A DNA stretch of 64,000 bases from an uncultured delta proteobacterium (GTDB lineage: Bacteria; Desulfobacterota; Binatia; Binatales; Binataceae), in the NCBI GenBank assembly GCA_963774705.1, contig CAVZFW010000010.1, positions 323,706 through 387,705 on the forward strand, in the 5' to 3' direction. The first letter of the stretch is position 1. Each line of letters begins with the position of its first letter. The position numbers and the translations under genes were made by a program. The notes under the pieces are model-generated. The model had not been told where the DNA came from, did no database searches, and saw only the letters and a list, made by a program, of their open reading frames with translations. Shown here piece by piece: positions 9,735 to 19,566 of this stretch.

Positions 9735-10220
9735 TGAAAACCGTGGTGCTGCGCCATTGCGGAGAACGTATGCGCAAAACCAATGCCATCAGGTTCGCTC
9801 AAGGGATTTCCGAGATTTCTGGCCGATCTCAGCGACCGTAAGGCGGGATTTCCAAAAACGACGGTTCATTCTCGGCGAAGTTTTACCGACCAACGGCAAT
9901 TGTTACAGTGCTCAAATCATCTCCTTTGCACGCGTCTTACCGGCACCGACGCGTATTGATGAGGCGGGACCTGGTATTCTGGGGTCCATACGCCAACAGC
10001 ACTGAATCTGTGCGAGACGTTGGATGAAGCGCCGGCGCCTGATTCTTCGTCTCGCCGGTGTAGTCATCGACAGCGCGACACTCTTCGCCGAAGTTTTCCC
10101 GGCGTCGGGGCTGCTTGCCGCGCTTGGCTACCGTCCGAATCTCGCAGCGACCGTTTAGGTCCTTGTGGAATTGTGCCATAACCCTTCCAATATCAAGCAA
10201 ATTTGCTGAGGAGATAGACG

Positions 10221-11183
10221 ATGAGTTTCATTGACCAATTGGATCCTGAGTTGAGGACCGTGGTGGATAAGTTGCCGACTGACCGTCCTCTCGATCTCAA
10301 TCAGATTCCAGTAGCGCGGGTCAAAATGAAAAAAATGGTGACTGCATTATTGGCGAACTTGCCCGCGGTCGAGGGTGTAACCAGCCAGGATCACTTTGCG
10401 CCCGGCTCACACGGCGATCCTGCCGTGCGGGTCCGTGTCTATCGGCCAAACGATCAGCCGAGCAAGCTTCCCTCTTTATACTGGATTCATGGGGGCGGAT
10501 ACGTGATGGGAGACATCGAGCAAGACGACCGACTCATGATGCAGCTGGTCAAACGAATCGGCTGCGTGGCGGTATCGGTCGATTACCGATTAGCGCCGGA
10601 ACATCCGTTTCCAGCACCAGTCGAGGATTGCTACGCCGGGTTAAAGTGGTTGTTTGGCCATGCCAGCGAGCTTGGCGTTGAGCCGTCTCGTATCGCGATT
10701 GGCGGCGCCAGCGGTGGGGGCGGCCTGTGTGCAGGATTGGCGTTGATGGCCCGCGACCGGGGAGAAGTGAAGGTCGCCTTACAGCTTCTCATTTATCCGA
10801 TGATCGATGATCGTAACGTTACCCCTGCCAGTTATGCGATTACTGATCCGCGCATGTGGAATCGTGAGAGCAACCGCTTGGGCTGGAAAGCCTACCTGGG
10901 CCGCGATGGCGGTGGGGCCGATGTATCGCCCTATGCGGCGGCGTCGCGGGCTACGGATTTGACAAATTTGCCGCCCGCCTACATTCCGGTTGGCGCACTC
11001 GATCTTTTTGTGGACGAGAATATCGAGTACGCACAGCGTCTCATTCAGGCGGGCGTGCCGACTGAGCTCCACGTCTATCCTGGGGCGTTTCACGGGTTCG
11101 ATCTCTTCGCGCCGTCGGCGACGGTGTCAAAGCAATTCAAGGCTGATCGGGATAGTGCTCTCAAGCGCGCCCTTCACGCCTAA
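10221..11183 (+). CDS. alpha/beta hydrolase, hormone-sensitive-lipase-type esterase
   Basis: HGGGYVMGD oxyanion-hole motif, GGASGGGGL nucleophile elbow, GAGGAG RBS 7 nt upstream of the ATG. Confidence 0.8.
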   Translation: MSFIDQLDPELRTVVDKLPTDRPLDLNQIPVARVKMKKMVTALLANLPAVEGVTSQDHFAPGSHGDPAVRVRVYRPNDQPSKLPSLYWIHGGGYVMGDIEQDDRLMMQLVKRIGCVAVSVDYRLAPEHPFPAPVEDCYAGLKWLFGHASELGVEPSRIAIGGASGGGGLCAGLALMARDRGEVKVALQLLIYPMIDDRNVTPASYAITDPRMWNRESNRLGWKAYLGRDGGGADVSPYAAASRATDLTNLPPAYIPVGALDLFVDENIEYAQRLIQAGVPTELHVYPGAFHGFDLFAPSATVSKQFKADRDSALKRALHA

Positions 11184-11723
11184 TCGGCCAAAATTCGAGT
11201 CTCGATACTGAAGACGGCAATCCTTTCGTCAGACGCCGGATGCTGATTGAAAGCACCTTCGGAAATTGAGTGACGGTTAGACTCCCGCAGCGATCCGTCA
11301 GGATTGAAACCTGCGATTTCGCATAGATTACGAAAATTGAAGATGCTGTAGCGGCTGGTCATCCTTGACGGGTGCATTCTGGAATCCCTCGTTAATCGAA
11401 TTGCTCAAATTCTTCAAGCAACAAAAGTGCCAGCGTTGGAGTATTCGAATTCCGTAATCGATGACTTACCTTTGTAAACCTATAGTACGGATTGATGCCG
11501 ATGATATGTCTCGATTTCGGTCACGCCGGTTGTACCACCGATACTTTGCCTCCAGTTCCGGCGATTGGTTCTACGAATTCCTGATTCGTGTAATTTTTTG
11601 CCGGAAATCCAGATTCCTGCGATCGGCGTCAAACGCAACTGCGTGGGGAGCGGAGGAGAATGTGGCGAAAGGGGTTACGAGAAGTTCGAGTCGAGGTCGC
11701 GACCAGAAGAGCGGGGAACGATT

Positions 11724-11761
11724 GAGGGCGGCCATCACCGATGACCGCCCTCTGTTTCGTT
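11724..11761. terminator. GC-rich hairpin with T-rich tail, possible bidirectional terminator
   Basis: gagggcggccat-caccg-atgaccgccctc (one mismatch) followed by tgtttcgtt. It lies 23 nt below the stop of the minus-strand gene 11784-12908. Confidence 0.4.
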
Positions 11762-11783
11762 AGTCAGTTCTGGTTAGCCAGTT

Positions 11784-12908
11784 CTAAGCCATCGCCCAAT
11801 TTTGGGCATCCGCCCCCGGCGCATAACCGATGATGCTTTGGGAGGGATTGCGATTGACCAGCGGACGCAAGTAGAGCGGATGCTTCATGCTGCGAACTTC
11901 GTGCTCGATGGTAAACAGCACTTTGCCGTTGTCAGGATCAATAATGTCCTGGAAGCGGTACTGATGCTGATCGCTCTCTTGGCTGATCAGGCCCTTCGCC
12001 AGGAGCCGGCGATGAGGGCCCGAAAAGTCGTTGATGTAGACCTGAATATGATGCTGATCGTAGGGCTGAGTCGGACGGTCGGTTTCCCGGAAGAACAGAT
12101 TCTGCCCGGTACCGGCGGTGACGCACGCGAAGCGGCCATGCGCGTCCTCGAGTGGAGCCGCCTGTGCGCCCATAATCTGTGAGTAGAAGCGAGCGATGCC
12201 GTCGGCCGCTCCAGTGGGCACATCGAACTCGACGTATGGGATTCCAACCGCCATCGGACCGAAGCGCTGGTTCGGCGCAAAGCAACGGATGCGATTGCCC
12301 CAGGGACAGACCGCCTCGATGTAGCCATCGCGCTCATGGCACTCGAAGCGCGTACTGGCGAGAGGCTCGCGGAGGCGGCCGAGCCGCTGCGGCAGCGCGT
12401 CGAAGTCGGAAACGACTACGCCGATATGGCCACGCAACACTTGCGGCTTACTGGTGGGCAGATGGAATTGTTGGCGGCCGGCATTGACCCACATGTTGGC
12501 CGGCCCGGTCATCATGTAGGGGTCGCGCGTGAGGCCAAGGCCGTTGATATAGAAGAGCGCAGCTTTCTCCTGGTCGGGGACCGTAACATTGACGTGTTCG
12601 AGCGCGACGATATTGCCGAGATCCTCGACGGCGCGATCGTAGGTTTTACCCTTGGCCATTAGCTTGGCCATGCCACCCGGTGCGTCGAGGCCGGCGTCGC
12701 CGGTCAAGCCGCGAAGTCCGCCGGACCGTGCGGGCTTCGGTGCGGCGCTCTGTCCGTTCGATGCAGCGCTGTTCCCGTTCGGCGCTGCGCTCTGCCCGTT
12801 ACGAGCGTTGCACAGCTCATCCATCTGCTGGGCGAAAAGCTCCTCCGAGATGAGCCCTTTGCGATAGCCCTTGAGCAGCTGCTGTACTTCGAAGTCCTTG
12901 CTTGCCAT
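11784..12908 (-). CDS. VOC (glyoxalase/dioxygenase-fold)-like protein with N-terminal SHOCT-like helix and (NGxSAAx)x3 repeat
   Basis: HVNVTVPDQEKAALFYINGLGLTRDP is a typical VOC beta-alpha-beta start. A second module sits around IPYVEFDVPTGAADGIARFYSQIMG. The N-terminus is QQLLKGYRKGLISEELFAQQMDEL. Confidence 0.45.
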   Translation of the reverse strand: MASKDFEVQQLLKGYRKGLISEELFAQQMDELCNARNGQSAAPNGNSAASNGQSAAPKPARSGGLRGLTGDAGLDAPGGMAKLMAKGKTYDRAVEDLGNIVALEHVNVTVPDQEKAALFYINGLGLTRDPYMMTGPANMWVNAGRQQFHLPTSKPQVLRGHIGVVVSDFDALPQRLGRLREPLASTRFECHERDGYIEAVCPWGNRIRCFAPNQRFGPMAVGIPYVEFDVPTGAADGIARFYSQIMGAQAAPLEDAHGRFACVTAGTGQNLFFRETDRPTQPYDQHHIQVYINDFSGPHRRLLAKGLISQESDQHQYRFQDIIDPDNGKVLFTIEHEVRSMKHPLYLRPLVNRNPSQSIIGYAPGADAQNWAMA

Positions 12909-13078
12909 AAATCACGCTCCTCTAAAAGCTGACGTTTTCCGATGAATGCGATGAAACCTGTAGTTCCGAATATGCACCTGATGGCATTCGATTGCCAAGC
13001 CGAATACATGCCTTAATCGGCGGCGGTGCCCGCTACAGACGCATCCGTTTTCAGGGCGGTTTGCAGAGATAGGTAGCG

Positions 13079-13804
13079 TTAGCGAGCGGCGAGGTCGAGA
13101 CTGCCAACATACAGGCCGCGACCCATCAGGCCCTCGGAGCCGTACCGCACCACCATGCCGGTAAATTCGAACGCCCACGTCATCTCGTCGCGCGTGAACA
13201 GCCCCAACTCGATTCGCTCACTGTAATGTTCTACGCCGGCCCGGGTGGCTCGCAAGTAGTTGTGCAAGAGGACCGATAGAGCCCCTTCATGAAGGCTGTG
13301 GCTCAGGCGATACACCTTATCGGCGCCGATCTCGCCGGTCAGAATGAAGGGCCGCGCCGGACGCCATTGCTCGGGAGTGAACCAAGGCTCGATGACCAAC
13401 GCACCGCCGGGTCTCACGTGGCGCGCCATGCAAGCGATCGCAGTCTCGAGCCGCGCGAAGGTCCTGACGATGCCAATCGCGCTGAACAGGCAGGTGACGA
13501 CGTCGTAGGTGCGACCGAGGTCGAAGTCGAGCATGTCGGCGCGGGTAAATTTACCTGCGGGATTCTTCAGCCGCGCCGCGCGCAGATAGCGCTCGTTGAT
13601 ATCGATGCCGTCGACCCGATAATGGCGCTTGAGGAATTTCGCGTGCTCGCCGGTGCCGCACGCAACATCGAGGATAGTGCGCGCTCCAGGCACCGCGTTG
13701 TCGATCAGAATGCGCAGCCGTTCGGATTCACGCGCGTAATCCTTGAATTTGTAGATCGCGTCGTAGAGCTCCGAGCTCTCGATGAACAGGCTGGTAGACT
13801 GCAT
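13079..13804 (-). CDS. class I SAM-dependent methyltransferase (TylM1/DesVI-like layout)
   Basis: ILDVACGTGEHAKFL (motif I), VVTCLFSAIG, PGGALVIEPWF. Confidence 0.7.
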   Translation of the reverse strand: MQSTSLFIESSELYDAIYKFKDYARESERLRILIDNAVPGARTILDVACGTGEHAKFLKRHYRVDGIDINERYLRAARLKNPAGKFTRADMLDFDLGRTYDVVTCLFSAIGIVRTFARLETAIACMARHVRPGGALVIEPWFTPEQWRPARPFILTGEIGADKVYRLSHSLHEGALSVLLHNYLRATRAGVEHYSERIELGLFTRDEMTWAFEFTGMVVRYGSEGLMGRGLYVGSLDLAAR

Positions 13805-13964
13805 TCGTTGGCACCGTCATTAGTGCCAGTTGAGGTGCCCATCAGCTGGCGCGCTACTCTTGCACGTAGCAATAACCGGACTACAGTATGTACAGGGCCG
13901 AAAGCGCAAGATTCGCAATCGACAGGGGCAAAGATAATTTTACCAACCAATAGGGGAAACGGGA

Positions 13965-15699
13965 ATGGCTGACTTCGACATTCAAATCAAGGGCGGCACG
14001 ATCGTCGATGGCACGCGGGTACCTCGCTATCGCGGCGACGTGTGGATCAAGGACGGCAAGGTCGCACAAATCGGCGGGCGGGCACCGGGTTTCGCCAAGA
14101 AAGTGATCGATGCGAGCGGGCTGATCGTCGCGCCCGGATTCGTCGATCTACATACTCATTACGACGCGCAGATTCGCTGGGATCCGTACTGCACGATCTC
14201 GGGATGGCACGGCGTCACCTCGCTCGTGCTGGGCAATTGCGGTTTCGGCTTCGCGCCTTGCAAACCGGAGTTCCGCGACCGCTCGATGCTGACGATGACG
14301 CGTACCGAGGCGATTCCGTACGCGTCGATGAAGGCGGGCATGAACTGGGACTGGGAAACGATCCCGCAGTACATGGATTCGCTCGACCGTTCTCCCAAGG
14401 GCATCAACTGCATCCAGTACATGCCGACCGCGTCGCTGATGACCTACGTGATGGGCCTCGAAGCGGCCAAGACCCGTCCGGCGACGGCGGCGGAACGCGT
14501 CGAGATGGCGCGGCTGCTCGACGAGGGCATGGATGCGGGTCTGTGCGGGTTTTCGATTCAGCGGCTCGGCGTAAACTCGGCGCAGGCCGACTTCGACGGT
14601 TCGCCGATGGTCACCGACACGATGTGCGACGAGGATATTTTCAACCTCGCACGCGTCCTACGGAAGCGTGACGAAGGTTTCATGGAAATCACCCAGGGCA
14701 CCGGCGACGCGCGGCACGATCTCGATTTCGTCGAGCGGTTGGCGGATGAAGCGCGCCGTCCGATCCTGTTCCAGGCCGTCGCGCCGGCGCGCAATAATCC
14801 CGAGATTCATCGTCGCACGCTACGCTGGATCGAGCGCAACCGCGAGAAAGGCCGTTCGATCTTCGGTCAAGGCGCGACGCTGCGCAGCGGTTTCGCCTTT
14901 TCGCTCGAAGACTGGAATCTTTACGACACGCTGCCGGAATGGCGTGTGTTGACGACCGGCACCAAGGAAGAAAAGCTCGCCAAAATGAAGGATCCGGAAC
15001 TGCGCGCGGCGGTCATCCAGGCAAACGACAATGCCGACGCGAATTTCAAGGTCATCCAGGGCGGCGTCGGCGGCCATCCCAAGCATCTGATCGTGCAGTG
15101 GGTCGAGAATATCGAGCGGCTGGAAAAATATGTCGGCAAGTCGCTCGGCCAAATCGGACTGGAAGAGAGCAAGCATCCGATCACCGTGATGCTCGATCTC
15201 GCCGTCGAGACCGATCTGAAGGCCGAGTTCCTTGGCCCCAACCGCGGCTTCAATGCCGGAATTCATGGCTGAGATCATCAACACGTCGCAGTTCACTTTC
15301 CCCGGCGTGTCCGATGGCGGCGCCCACACCAAGTTCTTCACCGGCGGTGCTTTCACGACCGACTTCCTGCGCTGGATGGTGCGCGACGAGCAGCGGATTA
15401 CGCTCGAAGAGGCGCACTACCGCATGTCGGCGCTGCCCGCACATGCGGCCGGTTTCCGCGATCGCGGCGTGCTGCGCGAAGGCGCGGCCGCAGACGTCGT
15501 GGTGTACGACCTCAACGGCCTCGGCATCGAGCCGGACTGGGTCGGCGAAATCGTGCACGATCTACCCGGTGGCGAATGGCGGCGGGTACAGCGCCCGAAG
15601 GGTTACCGCTCGATCATCGTCAACGGCGTAGAGACGTTCAACGAGGGCAATTGCACTGGCGCGACGCCGGGCAAGCTCCTACGTAACGGACACGCCTGA
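13965..15699 (+). pseudogene. N-acyl-D-amino-acid deacylase (D-aminoacylase) family amidohydrolase; frame broken at ~15258
   Basis: N-terminus IKGGTIVDGT...APGFVDLHTHYD...GVTSLVLGNCG (ORF 13965-15272). The C-terminal FPGVSDGGAHTKF...ADVVVYD lies in the next frame (ORF 15232-15699). Removing one g of gccGGaattc restores ...GFNAEFMAEIINTSQFTFPGVSDGGAH. Confidence 0.75.
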
Positions 15700-15721
15700 T
15701 TTGCGGGTGATAATCCTGAGA

Positions 15722-15753
15722 AAGCAGCAGGGGTCTCACGGCTCCTGCTGCTT
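15722..15753 (+). repeat. hairpin element copy A (10-bp stem aagcagcagg/cctgctgctt, loop ggtctcacggct); possible terminator of the upstream gene
   Basis: Read directly. Homologous to copy B at 16076-16105. Confidence 0.7.
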
Positions 15754-15790
15754 ACCGGGTTCACCAAAAAATTCGCCTTAGAGGAGCGTC

Positions 15791-15979
15791 ATGAAACAGA
15801 TAGCACTGTCTTTTCTTGCGGCGGTCTTGCTGATGAGTTCGGGTTTCGGCGTTTACGCCTATTCGAAGACTGCGGATACTCCTGCATGCTGCCAAAATCA
15901 CGAAACTTGCTGCCCCAGTTCATCGTGCTGCGCCGGCGGCAAGCACGCCCATTGTCCGATGATGCATCATCACGCCTGA
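15791..15979 (+). CDS. small secreted Cys/His/Met-rich peptide (62-aa precursor), function unknown, possible metal binder
   Basis: GAGGAG RBS at 15781-15786. Signal peptide MKQIALSFLAAVLLMSSGFGVYA. Mature part YSKTADTPACCQNHETCCPSSSCCAGGKHAHCPMMHHHA has three CC doublets and a HxHCPMMHHH tail. Confidence 0.55.
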   Translation: MKQIALSFLAAVLLMSSGFGVYAYSKTADTPACCQNHETCCPSSSCCAGGKHAHCPMMHHHA

Positions 15980-16075
15980 CCGCACTCCACAACGCCGACC
16001 ACCCGTCTTTCATAGTGGCTGCCCGTACGTGGCTTGGTCGGACACGCGCGATTCGCAGCGGACTAAGTCTCGGGG

Positions 16076-16105
16076 AGCAGCATAGACCTCACGGCCTATG
16101 CTGCT
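16076..16105 (+). repeat. hairpin element copy B (stem agcagcatag/ctatgctgct, loop acctcacggc) followed by T-rich tail; possible bidirectional terminator
   Basis: Read directly. It shares the outer stem, the CTCACGGC loop core and compensatory inner-stem changes with copy A. Confidence 0.7.
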
Positions 16106-16168
16106 TATCTTTCGACGCGCGAAGTCTTGAACAACGATATCCTGACCGCGATCCGAAGAGTGGCACCA

Positions 16169-17530
16169 TCAGGCCGCTTGCCCGACGTTCGAGTTCGGCA
16201 TCGCGGCCAGAAGCGCATCAGGTTTATAGGCGACCCCTCCGCGATATACCGTCGAAAGCCGCCGAAGTTCACGGGTATCACGCAATGGATCTCCGTCCAC
16301 TATGAGGAAGTCGGCGTAACGCCCGGCCGCGATGCTGCCAATATTCTCCTGCTGGCGCAGGTAGCGCGCCGCGACCGAGGTTACCGCCTTGATCGCGGCC
16401 ATCGCCCCGATCGCCTCAGCGAGCAACTCGATCTCGCGGAGCAGGGCAAACCCCGGCGGCGGATACGATAGCCCACCGCAGTCTGTCCCGCCGACCACGA
16501 GACCGCCGCTTTCATGCAGGATGCGGGTAGCGGCCTGATGCTTCTCCAACGCTTTCGCGCCGAGGCCGGGTTCATACATACCTGGATGAATGTCCCAGTC
16601 CGGGCGTTCACCCATATGCTTGAACATCGCCCGCTGACGCGCCAGCGCTTTCGGCGGAACATAGCGACGGTCGGGGTCGCGCTGCGCAGCGTCGCTCCCG
16701 AACTTGGCAATCCATAACAGATCGAGCGTGGTGCCCATGTTGACCTGCTTATCCACCATCGCGCCGAACCACGTTCGTGCGCCTTCGCCCTGCAGATCCG
16801 CCTCTTCCCAGCCCTTGGTGATCAAGGTCCAGAAATTGTGATCCATCATCGAGGCCCCGGGCCCGAAGCGCAAATTCAAGGCACAGAACTCGTTGTAGGG
16901 CGAGATCCACATGTGCTCCAAACCGTCGATGCCGAATTTGATCGCATCGAGCGAGTGCGTGTAGCCAAGGTGGGCCGTCACCGGAACGCGCTTATCGACG
17001 AATTCAATGATCGCTTTCGCGGTATCGGGAGGCATCGTGAAATATAGCTTGACCCCGTCCACCCCGGACTTCAGCAGATGACCAATCTTGTCGGGCACCG
17101 CATCCACTGACGGAATGCTGTCGAGGATCTCGCCGAACTCGCCGCCGAAACTTTCGTCCCTTCCATCGAGCAGCGGACCGAGAACAAATAAACGTGGACC
17201 AAGTTGCTTGCCGCTGTTCAGATCTGACCTTAGCTGCAGAACCTTCTCCAGCTTGCCGCCGACGTCGCGCGCGGTGGTCACCCCGGCGGCGAGAAACAAC
17301 GGCAGGCATTCCTGGTCCATCAGGGTCGTGTGAACGTGAGTGTCGATCAGGCCCGGCAGGACCGTTTGCCCCTTCAAGTCGATTACAGTGGCGCCCGGCG
17401 GCTCCGGCATCGCGCCAGTCTCGACCGTCGCAATACGTTCGCCGTTGACCAGGATCGAGACGCCATTGCGCGGCTGATCGGCGATGGAGTCGATTAGCCG
17501 TGCGTTCTTAAACAGGATGCTTTGAGCCAT
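16169..17530 (-). CDS. metal-dependent amidohydrolase family protein
   Basis: LPGLIDTHVHT metal-binding motif and GVTTARDVGG. ATG 17530 (MAQSILFKNARLID) is preferred over the track GTG 17536 because of the GGGGG RBS-like run. Confidence 0.75.
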   Translation of the reverse strand: MAQSILFKNARLIDSIADQPRNGVSILVNGERIATVETGAMPEPPGATVIDLKGQTVLPGLIDTHVHTTLMDQECLPLFLAAGVTTARDVGGKLEKVLQLRSDLNSGKQLGPRLFVLGPLLDGRDESFGGEFGEILDSIPSVDAVPDKIGHLLKSGVDGVKLYFTMPPDTAKAIIEFVDKRVPVTAHLGYTHSLDAIKFGIDGLEHMWISPYNEFCALNLRFGPGASMMDHNFWTLITKGWEEADLQGEGARTWFGAMVDKQVNMGTTLDLLWIAKFGSDAAQRDPDRRYVPPKALARQRAMFKHMGERPDWDIHPGMYEPGLGAKALEKHQAATRILHESGGLVVGGTDCGGLSYPPPGFALLREIELLAEAIGAMAAIKAVTSVAARYLRQQENIGSIAAGRYADFLIVDGDPLRDTRELRRLSTVYRGGVAYKPDALLAAMPNSNVGQAA

Positions 17531-17613
17531 ATTCACCCCCGCGTTTGCCGCGTTTTGGATTTCGCTCGCGTGTATAAAACTGAGATTTGGATCAGCTTAT
17601 CTACTTGGATCAC

Positions 17614-19383
17614 CTAGTGGTCGATTTTGCGTGTACCGTAATATGGCAGCATCGTTTCGCCGGATTTGGCATCGGGTTGGGCGGCGCTCTTGGGCGCCTT
17701 TCCACCGCTGAAGGCGCTGTACATCGCGAGCGTGCCGGGTTCGATAACGTCGGGATCGGTCATGATGTTGACGCACGCCGGACGTCCGCTCTTGAATGCG
17801 CGAGCGAGGGCAGGCGCGATACCACCTGCGTGATCGACGAACTCGCCATGAGCGCCTAGGCCCTGCGCCGCGCGCTCGTAATGAACGACGCCCAACTCGG
17901 TGCCAATCGTGTTGCCGGCGCCCCACGCAAGCACTTGGCCGTGCTTCGACATGCCCCACTGCATGTCATTGTTGATTACCACCGTGATCGGTAGGTTGTG
18001 CCTCACGGCGGTATCGAACTCCGCGAAGTTGAGTCCGACTGAGCCATCGCCGATTACACAGACGACTTGCCGGTTGGGGTGAGCGACTTTCGCGGCGAGC
18101 GCGAATGGTAAACCGATTCCCAGGCATCCCAAGTAGCCGTGGCTGATGAAGCTGCCGGGCTGACTGGCCTTGAACGCGTTGGCGATCCACGACGCGGTTT
18201 CGCCGCCATCGGCGGCAACGATCGCGTCGGGTTCGAGCGCCTGGACTACTTCGCGCGCCATGCGAGCGGGATGAATCGGGCTCTCGGTCTTGGCGGCTTC
18301 GTCCCATTTACCGCGCTGGCCCGCGCGCATCGACGTGAGCTGCTCGATCCACGCCTCGTGACCGGCGAATTTTGTGTTGCGCGTGCCCGAGATCGCCTGG
18401 CGGAGAAATTCGCCACAGTCGGCGACGATACCGAGTTCGATGCTGCGGCCGCGTCCGATTTCTTCGGGCTCAATATCGACCTGGATCACGCGGGCGTCGG
18501 CAGGAATCAGGCTGTTGCGACCGCCGGTCGCGAGTCCTATGCGCGTGCCGAGCAGGAAGACGAGGTCGGCGCTCTTGTTGCCACGGCGGGCATGAGCGGC
18601 GGGATGAATCGCGCCGAATGCGCCGAAGCACAGTGGATGGTCCTCGGAAATTGCGCCGCGGGCTTTCGCATTGGCCATTACGGGAGTGTGGGTTAGCTCG
18701 GCAAACTCGCGCAGTTCGTTGAAGGCCTGCGCGAACCATACGCCGCCACCTGCAAGAATTGCCGGCCGCTCCGCTTCGCCAAGCCATTGGAGCGCCTGCG
18801 CAAGCGCCTCGCGGCTGGGGCCGGCGGGAGACTTCGGGCGGTAATTCTCAGGGAAGGCGACCTTCTCCTCCTCCACGCGAGCAAACAAAACATCGATGGG
18901 AAGTTCCAGGAATACGGGCCCGGGCCGTCCGGACACCGCCTGTCGAAACGCCATCGCGACGTACTCCGGGATGCGCTCGGTGTGAGTGACGGAACGCGCC
19001 CACTTGGTGATCGGCCGCATCAAGGCGACCTGATCGATGCCGCCTTGCAGTGGCAGCAGTTCGTCGTCGAGCAACGGGCTGCGACCGCCAATCAGGATCA
19101 TCGGAATGGCGTCGAGATAGGCGTTGGCAACGCCGGTGACGGCGTCGGTAACGCCGGGCCCCGCCGTCACCATCGCCACCCCCGGACGGCCGGTCGTGCG
19201 CGCCCATCCATCGGCCATGTGAGCGGCGGCCTGTTCGTGGCGAGTGTCGATGACGCGTAGGTTGTGCTCGAGGCAGGCCTTGAAGATCGCGTCGAGATGA
19301 CCACCGTGCAGAGTGAAGATTTCGTGTACGCCCTCACGCTCGAGCGCTCGAACCAGCATCTCCCCGCCGTTCATCCGTGACAT
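17614..19383 (-). CDS. thiamine-diphosphate-dependent enzyme (acetolactate synthase large-subunit-like)
   Basis: HEQAAAHMADGWAR, VTAGPGVTDAVTGVANAY, GCLGIGLPFALAAKVA, IGDGSVGLNFAEFDTAVRHNLPI (ThDP motif). ATG 19383 is preceded by GGAGAG; the track start 19395 is a TTG inside that RBS. Confidence 0.8.
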   Translation of the reverse strand: MSRMNGGEMLVRALEREGVHEIFTLHGGHLDAIFKACLEHNLRVIDTRHEQAAAHMADGWARTTGRPGVAMVTAGPGVTDAVTGVANAYLDAIPMILIGGRSPLLDDELLPLQGGIDQVALMRPITKWARSVTHTERIPEYVAMAFRQAVSGRPGPVFLELPIDVLFARVEEEKVAFPENYRPKSPAGPSREALAQALQWLGEAERPAILAGGGVWFAQAFNELREFAELTHTPVMANAKARGAISEDHPLCFGAFGAIHPAAHARRGNKSADLVFLLGTRIGLATGGRNSLIPADARVIQVDIEPEEIGRGRSIELGIVADCGEFLRQAISGTRNTKFAGHEAWIEQLTSMRAGQRGKWDEAAKTESPIHPARMAREVVQALEPDAIVAADGGETASWIANAFKASQPGSFISHGYLGCLGIGLPFALAAKVAHPNRQVVCVIGDGSVGLNFAEFDTAVRHNLPITVVINNDMQWGMSKHGQVLAWGAGNTIGTELGVVHYERAAQGLGAHGEFVDHAGGIAPALARAFKSGRPACVNIMTDPDVIEPGTLAMYSAFSGGKAPKSAAQPDAKSGETMLPYYGTRKIDH

Positions 19384-19566
19384 AGGTCTCTCCAAGACAG
19401 AGTTGGTTGGCTAAACGGAATCCATAGCAACTAGATGAAACTTTGCAACCCGCCAAAGCGCACCGCGAGCGCGACGCGTTGTCGATGGACGGCTCCCGCG
19501 CTTCCCCCGCGCCTCCAAATGGCTCTATAAGGCGATAGGCAGACAACCACGTGGATGGAGGCAAGC

